From Eledone cirrhosa (taxonomy: Eukaryota): a DNA stretch of 64,000 nt. A program made the position numbers and the translations under genes. Location: positions 310,496,001 through 310,560,000 of the forward strand of contig OZ024743.1 of the NCBI GenBank assembly GCA_964016885.1. The letters are read 5' to 3'. Positions 14,275 through 29,029 of the stretch are shown here, piece after piece (position 1 is the first letter of the stretch; every line of letters starts with the position of its first letter). The notes beneath the pieces were generated by a model. That model did no database searches. It saw only the letters and a list, made by a program, of their open reading frames with translations, and was not told the DNA's origin.

Positions 14275-14377
14275 TTAATCTGTTATTTTAATTAATATTT
14301 GCTCTACGGTTCTTATATATTTATCCTTATCGAGCCCTCTTTGAATTTTAGTCTTCAAATTTAATATTATTACTATT

Positions 14378-14490
14378 TAACTTTGCCTTTCATCCTTACG
14401 GGGTCGATGAAATAAAGTACCAGTAATGCACTGAAATAATTCCTAGCCTTGTGCCAAAAGTAGAAACAATTATTATTATTATTATTATTA
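14378..14490 (+). mobile_element. SINE family A 3' fragment
   Basis: Shared body plus (ATT)n tail. Confidence 0.8.
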
Positions 14491-14491
14491 C

Positions 14492-14538
<47 letters not shown>

Positions 14539-14676
14539 CTCTGTACGTAGCACAGAGGGCTTTTTTACTTTGGCAATTGCATGCTACGTAAGGTTTCAAA
14601 CTACAATCAGTGTAGATAACTAAACTAACGGATTCAGAATGTCAACGTCATATGCTGCTTGTTGAGATCTTAATTA

Positions 14677-14716
<40 letters not shown>

Positions 14717-14824
14717 ATATATATTAATATGTGTAGAAGTAAACATAGTAAATTATGCGTCTAAAATTGCGAGGGTAGATTTTACCACGGAATTTACTGT
14801 TCACTTCTACACATATTAATATTA

Positions 14825-15008
14825 TAATTGTTTCTACTTTTGGCACAAAGCCAGCAATTATCCCAGTGTATTACTGGTACTTTATTTTATCGACCCCTTA
14901 AGGATAAAAGGCAAAGTTAACCTCGGCGGGTTTTGAACTCAGTCCGTAAAGGGACGTAACTGTGCTGCAAAGCATGGCGTCCGACCCTCTACTGATACTG
15001 CCAATCCA
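14825..15008 (-). mobile_element. SINE family A
   Basis: Shared body; GTTCAAA B-box on the minus strand. Confidence 0.8.
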
Positions 15009-15082
15009 TTCAGTATTTATACTTTGAGCTTTTTAATTGCTGGGTATCAATATGAGTTAATAAGTCTATATTTTATTTCTAC

Positions 15083-15137
<55 letters not shown>

Positions 15138-15459
15138 TGCATGTTTAAATTCTTCATTTAATGAATGTGCAACTCTCTACCGAAGAAGTACACATCGAAC
15201 ATTATATGTCACATGACTTACATACCAAATTTCCCAAATGCCTTACCTATTATTTTTAAATCCAATCATTAGATTGAATTCGTAGAATGTGAAACGGGGA
15301 AACAGAGAAAAATTGGAGGGAGAATGAGAGAGATACAAAAATCCATTAGAGCAATATAGTAATACAGTTATACTGTTGTTTTACACTTGTATTGTTTATT
15401 TTTTCGTGTTGACATATCTATCTATCTATCTATCTGTCAATCTCTATATCAGCCTGTAG

Positions 15460-15705
15460 GTTAAGGAAAAGGAGGAGGAGAGGAAAGGAGTACAAGCTCT
15501 TCGTACTCCTGGAGATGAGGGTTGCACATTTTTTTCGGGGGTCTGTGTTACCCATATAAACTGTCTCCCTCTATTGGGGAAAATCGACTAACTTTTAAAT
15601 TCCATCTGTGATAACATTTTACACGTTTTTATTGTATGTAAACTTCCCCCTTTGTATTTGTCCCCTTCTTTTGTGCCCCTGTGGCTAATAAAGAAATATA
15701 TCTAT
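15460..15705 (+). mobile_element. Tx1/L1-type LINE 3'UTR fragment
   Basis: gtaaacttccccctttgtatttgtcccc...ggctaataaagaaatatatctatc, homologous to the tails at 23775-24100. Confidence 0.6.
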
Positions 15706-15711
15706 CTGTCA

Positions 15712-15796
<85 letters not shown>

Positions 15797-16100
15797 TTTT
15801 GCGAGGTTTTTTTATATGAAATCGTGTGTCGAAACAGATATTGTTATGCTTGGGGAGGGTCATATTTGCGTAATATTGCCAGAATTAATAACAGAACACA
15901 CTCACTATATATATTGGTAAACGGAATAGAAAATGCTGACAAATTGTTCACAGTTGAAAAATGGTTTAATTAGGAATAAAAGAGTATTAGTGATTGTATG
16001 GGTTAGTATTCAGTTGTGGTTTTAAGTTTTTAAGTTTTTACCGGTTGCGCATTTCTAAATGCTTTTCAAAAATAATTTTGAGATAGAGTGTCCGTGCTGA

Positions 16101-16245
<145 letters not shown>

Positions 16246-16394
16246 ATACTTGGGAAAGGTCATATTGTTATAATATTGCCAGAAATAATAACAATAAATG
16301 TATATGAAAACCTGAAAAATTAAACATATATATATATAAATAAATATATAAATGTGTATAAATATATAAATGTGTATGTATATATAGAGAGATG

Positions 16395-16792
16395 ACCCCT
16401 TAGCCTTTGTCAAGGCAGAATTCTAGGAGAAGGAAAACTCTGATATAACACCTGCAACCCTGATGGTATCCAATGATGTTGACTTCTTCTTTTTGGTAAA
16501 TATCATCTTGGTTAAGAGAGTGGGACTGGCTTTGTGCAGTGCCTTTGCTCACTATAAAAGCTTCACGGCACAGGCATTGCTTTATATCTGGAGATCTCTC
16601 TGCACTTGTCGTTACATGGTACCATGGGCCCAGCACTATGTGTCAATAATTGTCACAAGTGTAGTGTTTGTACCAGAGTTTTCAAGTCGCTGGCTGGACT
16701 AAAAAGTCACACCCGTTCAGCGCATCGGTAGGAGTTCTCCTACATGGATATAAAGTAGTGGCCGTACTTGAAAACGAGTTGGCAGCCGCCAT
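16395..16792 (+). mobile_element. Short non-autonomous RTE-derived element, copy 2
   Basis: Near-identical to 3415-3812. Confidence 0.6.
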
Positions 16793-16873
16793 ATATATAT
16801 ATATACATAGGAACCAGTAAGACCCCGACAGCTGAGCTCAAGCCGTTTCGACGGCTACTTCTGGACGTATATA

Positions 16874-16985
<112 letters not shown>

Positions 16986-17379
16986 ATATATGCATACTGT
17001 TTTTAGGATTTCTCACTAATGGACAAAGATCCGCTCTCTAACCTAGAAACCTATTTTCCATATCGCTGATATTATCAACTAGTACGGCCATATGGATTAG
17101 TAGTGATTCTCTACGTGACAATTCATGTTTAAAATAAATATTGTTATGATTTTGATTAGAAGGTTTCCATAATCAATGTTCTCAAAAGAATAACCAGGTA
17201 TTTCACAAAACACATAGCTATGGCATCAAACATGGCGCTGTTATTAAAACTAACGAGGCTGCTTCTTCGGCACAGATACCAGTGTAGTGCATTAGGGAAC
17301 TTTAATGGATGACAGTTTCATACACATTTTTCTATTCAGTTTTTTGTTTTATGCTAAGAAGAATAAAAAAAATATCAAA

Positions 17380-17622
17380 TCTCTTGACCGTTTTACAAAC
17401 AGAATTCTGACCATTGGCCATACCATCGGTATCAGACGTCTCCAGCTTGCAGGTGATGTTATGAGAGGCAACGAATATCCTACAAACGTTTTACTATGGG
17501 AACTCACTAATGTGAAACGCAAATCTGGAAGATCTCTCAAGACATTAAAGAGAGTCATAAAGGAAGATACAGAATTAGCTGTTGAAGAACTGAGTTACTT
17601 AATGCTTGATGTGAGATGGTAA
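17380..17622 (+). mobile_element. Degenerate RTE-like LINE 3' fragment
   Basis: RRLQLAGDVMR...VLLWE...GRSLKT...EDT. Confidence 0.65.
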
Positions 17623-18069
17623 GGTTTAATCTTGTCACCACAAAGGAATGGATGAATTTGGTAGTTAGCAGTAGTTTTATTCAATAAATAAATCACTAAG
17701 CATCATTGCAGCGTACAATATTGTGGACATATCTAAAGCGACGAAGGAAGTCGTATGATGATATAACGTATTTTATGATTCGGTGTGTGATTGTAGATTA
17801 TGTTGAAGAAAATGCAGACTAAATAATTTTCTTAGTGTGGTGAGCGCAAGAAATTTAAAACACTAGGGTTGTCAGCTTACCAGACTTTAAGATTAAAATA
17901 TGTTATTTGAGAGATCGCTGAATATCTGGGAAAAAGGACGGACATTTTAGAATCAGAATGAAACGATAAATATGAAGGAGCCTGCTGTATGTGGAGGTAA
18001 TAAGGATGACGGTCGATACTGAAAACTTAATTATTAATCTACTATTTTTGTTTTCAGAAACATTATTAA

Positions 18070-18220
18070 CACTTCCAGCATAGTTACGTCCCTTTACGGT
18101 CAGAGTTCAAATCCCGTCGAGGTTAACTTTGCCTGTCATCCTTACCGGGTCGATAAAATAAAGAACCAGTAATGAACTGGGTAATTGCTGGCCTTGTGCC
18201 AAAAGTAGAAACAATTATTA
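18070..18220 (+). mobile_element. SINE family A fragment
   Basis: gagttcaaatccc B box plus shared body. Confidence 0.8.
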
Positions 18221-18483
18221 ACAGCTAAAGCTGAATATGGGAAAAATTTCAGTATTATATTTGCATACATAATTTGCAGAATACCTATACTTCGGTCATT
18301 TTGTATATTGGGAAGACCAGATGTAGGTATTACCAACTTATTCACACTTTTATATAAAGAAACTGGCTACTATATAAACATTTTTATTTTCATTCACGTG
18401 AAACTAATAAGACTCTGTTTATTCTTGATATATACGTACATATATACATACATACGCACACACGCACATACACACACACACAC

Positions 18484-18514
<31 letters not shown>

Positions 18515-18520
18515 TGTGTC

Positions 18521-18559
<39 letters not shown>

Positions 18560-18560
<1 letters not shown>

Positions 18561-19358
18561 GTAATAATAATAAATTTGAAGACTAAATATATAAGAACCG
18601 TAGAGCAAATATTTATTAAAATAACAGATTAAAGTTTAAGCAAATAATCGCTATTTTCACCCTTAACAGGATCTTCTGAAACTAACAAAGTCAATCTGTA
18701 AACGCAGAAGTGGATATTTTAAAAAACGTTGCAACCGGGGGAAGACAGGAAGACGATACTTTGGTTCGTGTAAACGTTCCCAGGCAAAGAACGGGAAAAA
18801 ACGAATATAATACGTCATTAATAGGAGCGGTGAAAAACAATTACGCGCAAAGACAGAACCACGTTTATGGTATGAAAGAGGTCGTAGACTAATGTTCCCT
18901 AAGGTGGTTCATAGAGACGTTCTCTGGCAATGAACGAAAAAAACGAAGATACTACGTCATATGTGGAGCGTGGAGAACAATTGCACGCAAAGACAAAACC
19001 ACGTAAATGGTATAGCAGAAGTCGTAGACTAAAATTCTAACTAGGAGACCGAATCAATCTCCGCTTCAGAGTTAAGAACAAAGTAAAAAATAAATACAAT
19101 TACAGAGGTAATAGAAATTAAATAAATACATACACGCATACAAATACGTACATACACAAGCATACGCGAAAACATTTACCATAGGTATACAAAACCACGT
19201 ACATATAAATATGTGTGTGTGTGTATGCGTGTATACAAATAAATAATTAAATAAACGTATATAAATAAATAAATACGTATATAACAAGCGCACACACATG
19301 CCTACATGTAAATACACAAAGCAGCGATTCTTTGCTTAAACTTTAATCTGTTATTTTA

Positions 19359-19365
<7 letters not shown>
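18560..19365 (-). mobile_element. Diverged copy of the H2 pLTR arm with a short inverted end
   Basis: Homologous to 12480-13000; degenerate HHR at 18633-18683; inverted gcagcgattctttgcttaaact at 19321. Confidence 0.7.
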
Positions 19366-19449
<84 letters not shown>

Positions 19450-19544
19450 CAGTTCAAGTAATGACAAACAAATCTTATTAGTATCACGCTTAGGTGGAAG
19501 TAGAGGAGGGTTTGATGATTCCGACATAAATAATTCTTCAGGTA

Positions 19545-19725
19545 TACAATGAAATTCTGTAATAACGAAATACTAAAGAAATTATTGTAACGAAAAATTA
19601 TTTATAACGAAATGGACCGAAACAAATCGAGCGTTTGTTTGTTATTACCTCGGGGATGGAAAAGCATTTCGTTATACTGAAAAATTCGTCATAATGGTAT
19701 TCGTTATAACGGAATTTTACTTCTA
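19545..19725. mobile_element. Tc1/mariner(pogo)-type MITE
   Basis: Imperfect TIRs tacaatgaaattctgtaataacgaa / ttcgttataacggaattttacttcta, internal ataacgaa sub-repeats, TA ends. Confidence 0.6.
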
Positions 19726-21410
19726 TACATATATAAGTGGAGGGTGTTTCAATTATAGCGCTGATTATTGAAATCTACATTCAAATACGTTACCTTTTAT
19801 TTTACATACATTTCATGAACTATATTAAACAACTTGTACAAATTAAGATGGTAGGTCGGATTTGACACAAAATTTTCTGCAGTTTCTCTCAGTTTGAGCT
19901 GCTTAATAGAGGATTTAGCTCGTCCTTACTCTTCGTTCTATATGTTGTTTGTAAACGTATCGTTTGTGTATATATGATTTGTGTATACAACAATAGGTAG
20001 TCAAAGTCACCCATGCATATATATGTGTATGAATGTATGTATAGTCCCATAAACCCTGAAGGAGTCGAAGGGGCGCCTTATTGACATACGGCGTTTCTAA
20101 GGTTATATTTAAAACCTGGTTGAGCCCATCTCCTCTCCAGGTCTGAATACAACAGACTTCTTCCAGGGAAGGATAGAAAGTGAGGGAGAATTCAGAAAGA
20201 GACATAGAGGAAGAATCAAGCCAAATACTAGCTTGGTAATTTTTTATTGACCTCGAAAGGATAAAAGGCAAAGTTGACCTCATTGGGAATTAATACCACA
20301 AAGCACTCTCTCCGATGTTCTAATGACCCTGCCATATTCACCGTCATATATATGCATAAGCAAATAATAATCTAGTATTGCAGTTTTTGTTTAAAGAGCA
20401 TGGATGCACAGAAAATATTTATTAACAGAATATATAGAGACGGATGGAACACCTTTACGTTCTGCGCTGGAATTGAACGCTCTTCGATTAAAAACCACCA
20501 TGTTAATCGCCGTGATTAACTATATCGATTATACTCTCTCCAAAATATGATTGCATTTCATTATGCTTTATTTAATAAAAAAAAAAGAATATATATTTAA
20601 AAGAGGATACCGTGTGATATAAATATTTACGTTTGGCGTAGGTAAAATGTGGTTGACGTAATCTGTGTCTGGTTTAATCATCAACTTAGCTCTTGGGTGC
20701 CATTTACAAAAACACGTCTAAAGTCTGTCTCAAACACGGATGCTCATAAGACTGGTGTTAATCTAGGTTTCCATGTTGTTAAGTGACTGGGAGTACCAGA
20801 CTCCCGCCTAGTTAATCCCTCAAATATTGCTGGCGATCATTTTCAGCTGAGCATACATAGTGGAGAAATGTGAAAAAAAGTATTTTGTTCAAGAACACAA
20901 AAGATAATCCAGTCTATGAATCGAACCAACGGTATCATGATCGTAAGTCCGCCACCCTTACCACTAAGCAACACGCATCCATGTTTTTGGTTTGAAATTA
21001 CATTTCCGCCTTTATACACGGAAGTCCTGTAAAGGTTATGCGTACTATCCTTCTCTCCCTCACCAAACAATATAGAACGTAATACAGATTCAGCACTTTT
21101 AAGTGAACCACATAAGATGATTTCAGAAAAAATAGTCGAAGGCTATATCGTACCTCAGAAACTCTTTATCATAAGTTCCTAAACTTTTCGCTACCAATGA
21201 TCAATTATATTTAAGCATTCACCCCTGCTACAATTACACCGCGTCTATTCGAAAGAGAATTGTTTATACTTAGGAAAGGCGTGGGTATATGTAGTGTGTG
21301 TTACACCCCACTCTCCAGAGCGTGAAATTAATAAACATTTGTTGTAGTGCCTCTCTGTTTTGTCCCTGTTCAAATTTTTCCATTATATATATATATGCTT
21401 GTAGATATAT

Positions 21411-21473
<63 letters not shown>

Positions 21474-21591
21474 GCACATATATAGAAAGAAAGTGATAGT
21501 ATATATATATATATAATTTTATCCCGGGTTCAATCGGGGCTAACAACAGTAAGTAAGGTATTCAATGCATAGCAGAATATACATATTTAAC

Positions 21592-21690
21592 ATAGAAATG
21601 GCTTCTGCGGCACTAGAACTGTTTCATTCGGGAGAATGCTGATGATTTCTCCAGAATGAAACAGTTCTAGTCCTGTAGAAGCCATTTATA
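21592..21690 (+). ncRNA. H1 hammerhead core (21639-21683) inside a fold-back
   Basis: CTGATGA-tttc[tcca]gaat-GAAA-cag...ctg-TA-gaagcc; the stem I 5' strand is replaced by an inverted copy. Confidence 0.6.
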
Positions 21691-21774
21691 TACTATATAT
21701 ATATATATATATATATATCGTTTCTGAATTTGTTTAGCAAGATTCTTTATCTGAAAATGTGTGTTGAAACCGAT

Positions 21775-22178
21775 ATTGTTATACTTTGGGAGGGTCATGT
21801 TGCCAATAAGAAACACACGCACCAGTGCTTTCACTTCAATTTATTATAATAAATTTATAAATTTCCGGTTGGTTGGTTGGTTCCACAACCAGATAGTTGT
21901 TTATATATTGTCAAAGATCTTTCGTCACACATTCTGTGAAAAAACAAGATGGCGTAGGACAGAACAAAGGAGAGGCACAAAAAACAAAGAAAAGAACCCC
22001 CAGTCACAGAATGTGTGACGAAAGAACTTTGACAATATATAAACAACCATCTGGTTGTGGAACCAACCAACCAACCGGAAATTTATAAATTCCTAAATTT
22101 ATAAATTTATTATAATAAATTGAAGTGAAAGCAATGGTGCGTGTGTTTCTTATTGGCAACATGACCCTCCCAAAGTAT

Positions 22179-22185
<7 letters not shown>
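21775..22185. repeat. Fold-back element (~160-bp arms) in (TA)n
   Basis: aaatttccggttggttggttggttccacaaccaga...tttcgtcacacattctgtga mirrored at 22004-22185; family also at ~15830 and 62290-62530. Confidence 0.85.
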
Positions 22186-22252
<67 letters not shown>

Positions 22253-22325
22253 TGTTATATTTGGGGGTTATAATATTGCCAGAAGTAATAACAGAATACA
22301 TTCACTGTTTACAAAAGCCTTGCAA

Positions 22326-22356
<31 letters not shown>

Positions 22357-22366
<10 letters not shown>

Positions 22367-22698
22367 AGATCAAAAGATGGTTAAATGAGTTCCATGTATT
22401 TTATTATGCGCATTTCAAAAACAAATATCATCATGCAATAACATTTGTGTTTTCATCAGATAAAATAGGAGGACATGATATGAAGGTTAAAAAACACTTG
22501 TGGATAGTGCAGTTTTAAATCAACATATATGTTGATTTAAAACTGCACTTTCCACAAGTGTTTTTTAACCTTCATATCATGTCCTCCTATTTTATCTGAT
22601 GAAAACACAAATGTTATTGCATGATGATATTTGTTTTTGAAATGCGCATAATAAAATACATGGAACTCATTTAACCATCTTTTGATCTTATATATTAT
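22357..22698. repeat. Near-perfect ~340-bp palindrome centred on caacatatatgttg
   Basis: Mirror ORFs IIYKIKRWLNEFHVFYYAHFKNK on both strands; same family at 57650-57772 and 58494-58660. Confidence 0.9.
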
Positions 22699-22781
22699 GT
22701 ATACTCCAGTCCTACAAACTGTAGAGTGCTTCTTATCCGATATCTGCATTGCTTTATTGTACTACAATAAAACTCACCTCC

Positions 22782-22851
<70 letters not shown>

Positions 22852-23133
22852 GCATATATATGTGTGTGACGTTATCGATGCGGTCATCAAACTCCACGTT
22901 TCAACACATCGTTATGAAACACCACGTACACATACAAACAAATGACGACACGCATAAACGCACCAACACATACACTCACTCCCTCCTTCACATACATACA
23001 GGCGCGTACACACGTACACGTATATATAGAAAGAGAGAGGCTTAATAAGAGAAGGAGGTTGAGAGAGAAATATTGATAGACAGATAGATAGATGGATAGA
23101 CCGATATATATGTATAGAGATAGATAGATAGAG

Positions 23134-23166
<33 letters not shown>

Positions 23167-23181
23167 AAGGGTTAGTAGATG

Positions 23182-23229
<48 letters not shown>

Positions 23230-23254
23230 TCTTTGTTTCTTTCTTTTTTTTTTG

Positions 23255-23742
23255 ATAGATAAATTTCTTTATTTGTCACAAGGCCGCAATAGAAAAGGGG
23301 ACAAAACAAAGACACACGCCGGGGATTTTACATACAATCGTGTGAAAATATTGATACAAACAAATTTAACAATCGAAATCCCCAATAGATAGAACAACAA
23401 TAGATAGCCCGTAGATAGAACAACCCTCAACTTCAGGAGCGTGTTGTGCAAGTGCCCCTTTCTTCCTTTTGCTCTCTTCTTCAACCTACAGGTTTATATA
23501 CAATCACTCGGGCCATTTTTGCCACATTCACCCACCTTTCACTAAATTTACTGGGGTGCAGTGCCTCTCTCTCCCCTCTGATTCTCCTTCTAAAGTGGTA
23601 CCTAAAGAAGGGAATGAGTTGTTGTCCGGAGAGAAAGGCATCTGTCCTCAGTCCTCTCAATCTCGTCCACCATATAGACAGACAGAGAGGGGGGGGAGAT
23701 AGATAGATAGATAGGTAGGTAGATGGATAGATAGATAGATAA

Positions 23743-23777
<35 letters not shown>

Positions 23778-24100
23778 TGTTTCTTTTATTTGCCACCAGG
23801 GCATCAAAAGTGGGACAAGTACAATGGGGGGAGTTTACACAAAAAGGCGTCCTCAATAAGGAGGAGGCAATAACAATATATAAAAATAGATAGATAAGTT
23901 TCTTTTATTTGCCACTAGGGCATCAAAAGTGGGACAAGTACAAAGGGGGGAGTTTACACAAAAAGGCGTCCTCAATAAGGAGGAGGCAATAACAAAATAT
24001 AAAAAAAAAATAAGATATAACAAAAAAATAAAATTTTTAACAAAATCCTCAATAGAGAGGAGGCGCCTTGGGGGGTCGCACACACCCCCGAAAAAAGAGT
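23255..24100 (-). mobile_element. Three stacked Tx1/L1-type LINE 3' ends within (GATA)n
   Basis: FRYHFRRRIRGEREALHPSKFSERWVNVAKMARV matches the C-terminus at 47911-48132; tails aaataaa(a)gaaa-tatctatc. Confidence 0.75.
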
Positions 24101-24158
<58 letters not shown>

Positions 24159-24595
24159 CAGACAGTCAGTTAGATAGGGGGAGAAAGAGAGAGTGTAATT
24201 TACGTAAGTTTTACATTTAATGTGTTTTCGATAGACATACACACACGTAAACACTCTCACAAACATACACCATCTCCGTTATATATATTTGAACAAAATA
24301 TATCTTCATGTATTCATGTATGAACTTATATAGATACATGTGTGTGTGCATCTGTGTGAGCATTCAAACGTAAACATAGCTTTCAAACTTATATGTATAT
24401 ATAATGTATAAACATACATCTGATGTACATAAACTTTAAAAAACCGCATGTGGTTCTGTATGTATGTGCGTGAGTAGGTGTATATGCTTGGTTACAAATC
24501 AGGATGCAGACACACACTCACACATTCCACATACACATACAGATAAATACTTGTAGATAAATATAATTGATATATATGTGCATATATAAATATAC

Positions 24596-24675
<80 letters not shown>

Positions 24676-26156
24676 GTGTGTCTGTGCGTGTGTCTGTGCG
24701 TGTGTATGTGCGTGTGAGTGTGTCGATTTTCGGATTGTGTTATGGCTTTCCATGCTACAGTAATTATTTTGTTTTTAAATATCTTTCTTCTTTACAAATT
24801 GAAAATATTTACTCACCTTAATTGTATCGGAAATTGAATGATCTCTCACTTCGTTGATTTTAAATAATTTTTTTTCAGTTTCGATCGTTGAAAGATTAAG
24901 CTTTGTTAAATCAATTGAATTGAATGTCCTTTCAATTGTTTTAAATACACATTTCTCGTGCTGTACTGCTGTATATTTTATAAAGATTTAACATTTCTTA
25001 TCGTTTTTCTTCAACAGAAATACTTTTAATGATGAATGTATCAAATACTTTATCCTTTCTTCCACACTATCCACTTTGAAGTAAAGTTTTGCAATATTGT
25101 AACTTATATACTACAATAAATTTACTTGCAGTTATGTTTATATCATTTTAGTTTATTTTTTAATATTTATAAATGCTGTATTCCTTGATATATATTTATA
25201 TATATATATAATATACACGTTGTATATAACTCTGTTATTAATAGAAGTGTGTATGTATGTGTATTTGTTAATACTGCAAAAGAAAAGCAATTTTTAGAGT
25301 GTATATACTTGTAGATAAATATAATATAATAACGTATATGATCTATAATGACTTTCTACTCACAGATATGTTATATTTTAATATATAAATATATATAATT
25401 ATATTTTATATTATATATACATATATAGATAGAAATATAATTATAGTTTATAGTATATATACATATATAAATAGAAATATAATTTTATCCTATATATAAT
25501 ATATTATATATAGTATAATTTAATTTGATTTTTTTTCTTTGTACACTTTATATCTTTTGGATTTATTTCGGTTAAAATTTGATTTGTGTTGTTTGCGTTA
25601 ATGAAACAAAAGAGTAAAGAAAAAATAAATAACTTTGTGGGGTCTTGTATGGGGTCGTGTATGGTGTGTGTATGTGTGGTGTGGGGAGAATGTGTGTGTG
25701 AGTAATAGGCTTGTAGAGAAACAAATACTTCTGACGAAGAAACAAGAAAGGAATCAAGACGTTGTGATAGTGCGCATTCCTGTCACACACGTTCAGAAGG
25801 AGCAAGTTGTTTTCCTATTAAGTATGAATATTCAACCAATCAAACAGCACCTAACTTTAACATAATAAATGTCAGGGTGGGGCCTGTCACACAGCCTTTC
25901 TTTATATCTTTATTCTTTTATCCTTATATACTTTTACTTGTTTCGTTCATAAGACTGCGGCCAGGTTGGGGCACTGATTTCATTTAGTGCATGACATCGA
26001 TTCCAGTTGTTTTGTTTATTTTGTTTTTGTTATTCAAATCTCGAATTAAGTTTATCGATCTCTTTTTCGTAGAATCGCTAAGTTGCGGAACATAATACAA
26101 GGACGGACGCAAACGTAAACAGTGACTCGGTCGCACATGCATGTATACATACGCAC

Positions 26157-26215
<59 letters not shown>

Positions 26216-26854
26216 TTGCGGGCGCATGTATGTGGTGTGTGTGTATGTCTCTCTCTCTATATATATACAATATATTGTATATTATGTATGACGGACGTTG
26301 ACTGTTAGCATCTACCAAATTCCACTCCCAACCTGAGGTTAAAGTAGAAGACACTTTGTCAACTTGCTACGCAGCATGACTATATCCAGAAACATGTGGT
26401 TTCGAAACAAATTCTTCCACCATACAAGCATGCTTGTTTTTCTTATCATTATGTCTTTTTTTTTTCTTTTTTCAATGGTATGTGGGTTTTTTCCCTCAAT
26501 TTCCTCTATAGCTTGTTTGTCCTGAGTTAGGAACCATTTAGATTTTGTTTAAAATCTTTTCAATCAAATCATGAAAATTCCTTTATTTTTCGCAGTCTCA
26601 TGATTCGTTTTATTCATCCAGATACGGGATGTCTGAAGAAATCTTCCTCTTGTTGTTCTGCTATCACTGTACATCAGATATTGTAATCCAAACTGTATAT
26701 TTTTCCCTTTTTGCTCTCCAATTTTTTCTTGCTCTCTCATTCTATTTTATTATCTATCTGTCTATTCATCAATCTAAACCACTCTTTCTTACTACACCCC
26801 TCTCTCTATGTATATATATAAATATATATGTGTGTCTGTGTGTGTGAGTGTGTG

Positions 26855-27120
26855 AGTCCCAGGTTCAACCGGGGGTAACCACAGTAAGTAAGGTACACAC
26901 ACAATATATTAGTAGAGTGGAAACATCATGTTTAATATAGAAATTGCTTCTACAGGACTAGAACTGTTTCATTCGAAACAAATCTTTAAACTCAAACAGT
27001 TCTAGTCTTGTAGAAGCCATTACTCTATTAAACTTGATATTATCCCGGGTTCAATCGGGGCTAACAACAGTAAGTAAGGTATTCAATACATAGCAGAATA
27101 TAAATATTTAACATAGAAAT

Positions 27121-27125
<5 letters not shown>
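26855..27125. mobile_element. H1-family pLTR fragments with fold-back at 26946-27018
   Basis: gcttctacaggactagaactgttt / aaacagttctagtcttgtagaagc; homologous to 21517-21690. Confidence 0.7.
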
Positions 27126-27158
<33 letters not shown>

Positions 27159-27185
27159 GAAAGGTATAGAAAATATCTATCTATC

Positions 27186-27217
<32 letters not shown>

Positions 27218-27230
27218 TATATGTACAAAC

Positions 27231-27310
<80 letters not shown>

Positions 27311-27612
27311 CATAAGCACGTGGGTACATCAATGGGACATTCATAGATTCTACAAAGTAAATATAACTCGTCTAAATGAAACATTATTCATGTCAACAAG
27401 TGATTAAGAATTGAACAGGGCTTTATAATAAACAAATATGAGAGAAACTCCAGGTTCAATACACTTCACAATAAAGTTGTGTGTTTTATATAACGCAATA
27501 TATATCTGCCTATTTATATATTTGTCTGTTTATCTCTCAATATCTCTATATACTTATCTATCGATCTGTGTGTCTCACTAAATATACATCTGGCTCTCTC
27601 TCTCTCTCTCTC

Positions 27613-27660
<48 letters not shown>

Positions 27661-27743
27661 CCTCTCTCTCTCTGTATATATATATATATATTAACTAACT
27701 CTGTATATCTATCTGACTGCCTGACTCACTTTCTCTGTATATA

Positions 27744-27812
<69 letters not shown>

Positions 27813-27821
27813 GCACACACA

Positions 27822-27855
<34 letters not shown>

Positions 27856-28055
27856 CATATAGGAAAATGTTTTTTGACCCTGACAACAGAGCTCAAGCCG
27901 TTTCGAGCGCTATTTCTAGACTATATATATTACCTAATACTCTGTATATCTATCTCTTTATTTGTCTATCTATCCATCTGTTTATCTAACTATATACCTA
28001 TTTGTCTGTATGTCTGTTTTTCATTGTCTACCTCTCTATATTTATATATGTATAT

Positions 28056-28125
<70 letters not shown>

Positions 28126-28141
28126 TATGTGTGTGTGATGA

Positions 28142-28176
<35 letters not shown>

Positions 28177-28696
28177 AGATATGCGATTTTAGTGACATAT
28201 ATGTATATATCTGTGTGTGTGTGTGTTCATACCACTTCTGTCCTCTTTTCTTATTTCATACTCTCTGTGTTCAATAACAGTTTCCACACTTCTTCTGCTT
28301 CTATTCTTTTCTTTTACGTTCTTTCTTTCTGGATCCACTTTAACTATCTACCTCTCCATTCAACCCTTTCGTAACTTTCCTTCTTTTATGTGAATGCGTT
28401 GCTATTATCGCCTGTTATGTTTCTGTTATGGAATTTTCTCCACACACCTCGCTTCATTTAAGGCAAATATCTCGTAGATTGTTTCAAATCTCTCCTACTA
28501 TAGCCTCGAGTTGCTGAATATTTTGTAATTCTAACGATTGAAACTGACTGAAAACTGTCGTATATATATATATATATATATATATAGTAATAATAATAAA
28601 TTTGAAGACTAAAATCCAAAGAGGGATCGATAAGGATACATATATATCAAATATATAAGAACCGTAGAGGAAATATTTATTAAAATAACATATTAG

Positions 28697-28747
28697 AGTT
28701 TCAGAAGATCCCCTTGAAGGTGAAAGCAGCGATTCTTTGCTAAAACT
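28697..28747 (+). ncRNA. H2 hammerhead-like motif (CAGAAGA core, CUA site)
   Basis: agttt-CAGAAGA-tccccttgaaggt-GAAA-gca...tgc-TA-aaact. Confidence 0.65.
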
Positions 28748-28763
28748 TTAATCTGTTATTTTA

Positions 28764-28828
<65 letters not shown>

Positions 28829-28863
28829 CGATAATTTTCGACTAGTCTCACTCCATAGAATTA

Positions 28864-28934
<71 letters not shown>

Positions 28935-28936
28935 CG

Positions 28937-28968
<32 letters not shown>

Positions 28969-29029
28969 TACATATATGCATATAGAGGGTGTTCCAAAAG
29001 ATGTATACACACACAATACCATTCAAAAT

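Larger units (their letters stand above)
12480..14375. mobile_element. ORF-less palindromic element (arms ~12480-13125 and ~13615-14296) with an HHR in each arm
   Basis: Arms are reverse complements (mirror ORFs MILGFRVKNNVNKLQRLLKS and MILGFKVKNNVNKLQRLLKS); related copies at 18560-19365 and 28585-28770. Confidence 0.8.

Noticed and set aside
21756-21785. tat-CTGAAAA...GAAA...GTT-ata HHR-like string
   Set aside because: C3/A8 mismatch, no real stem II, and related copies disagree
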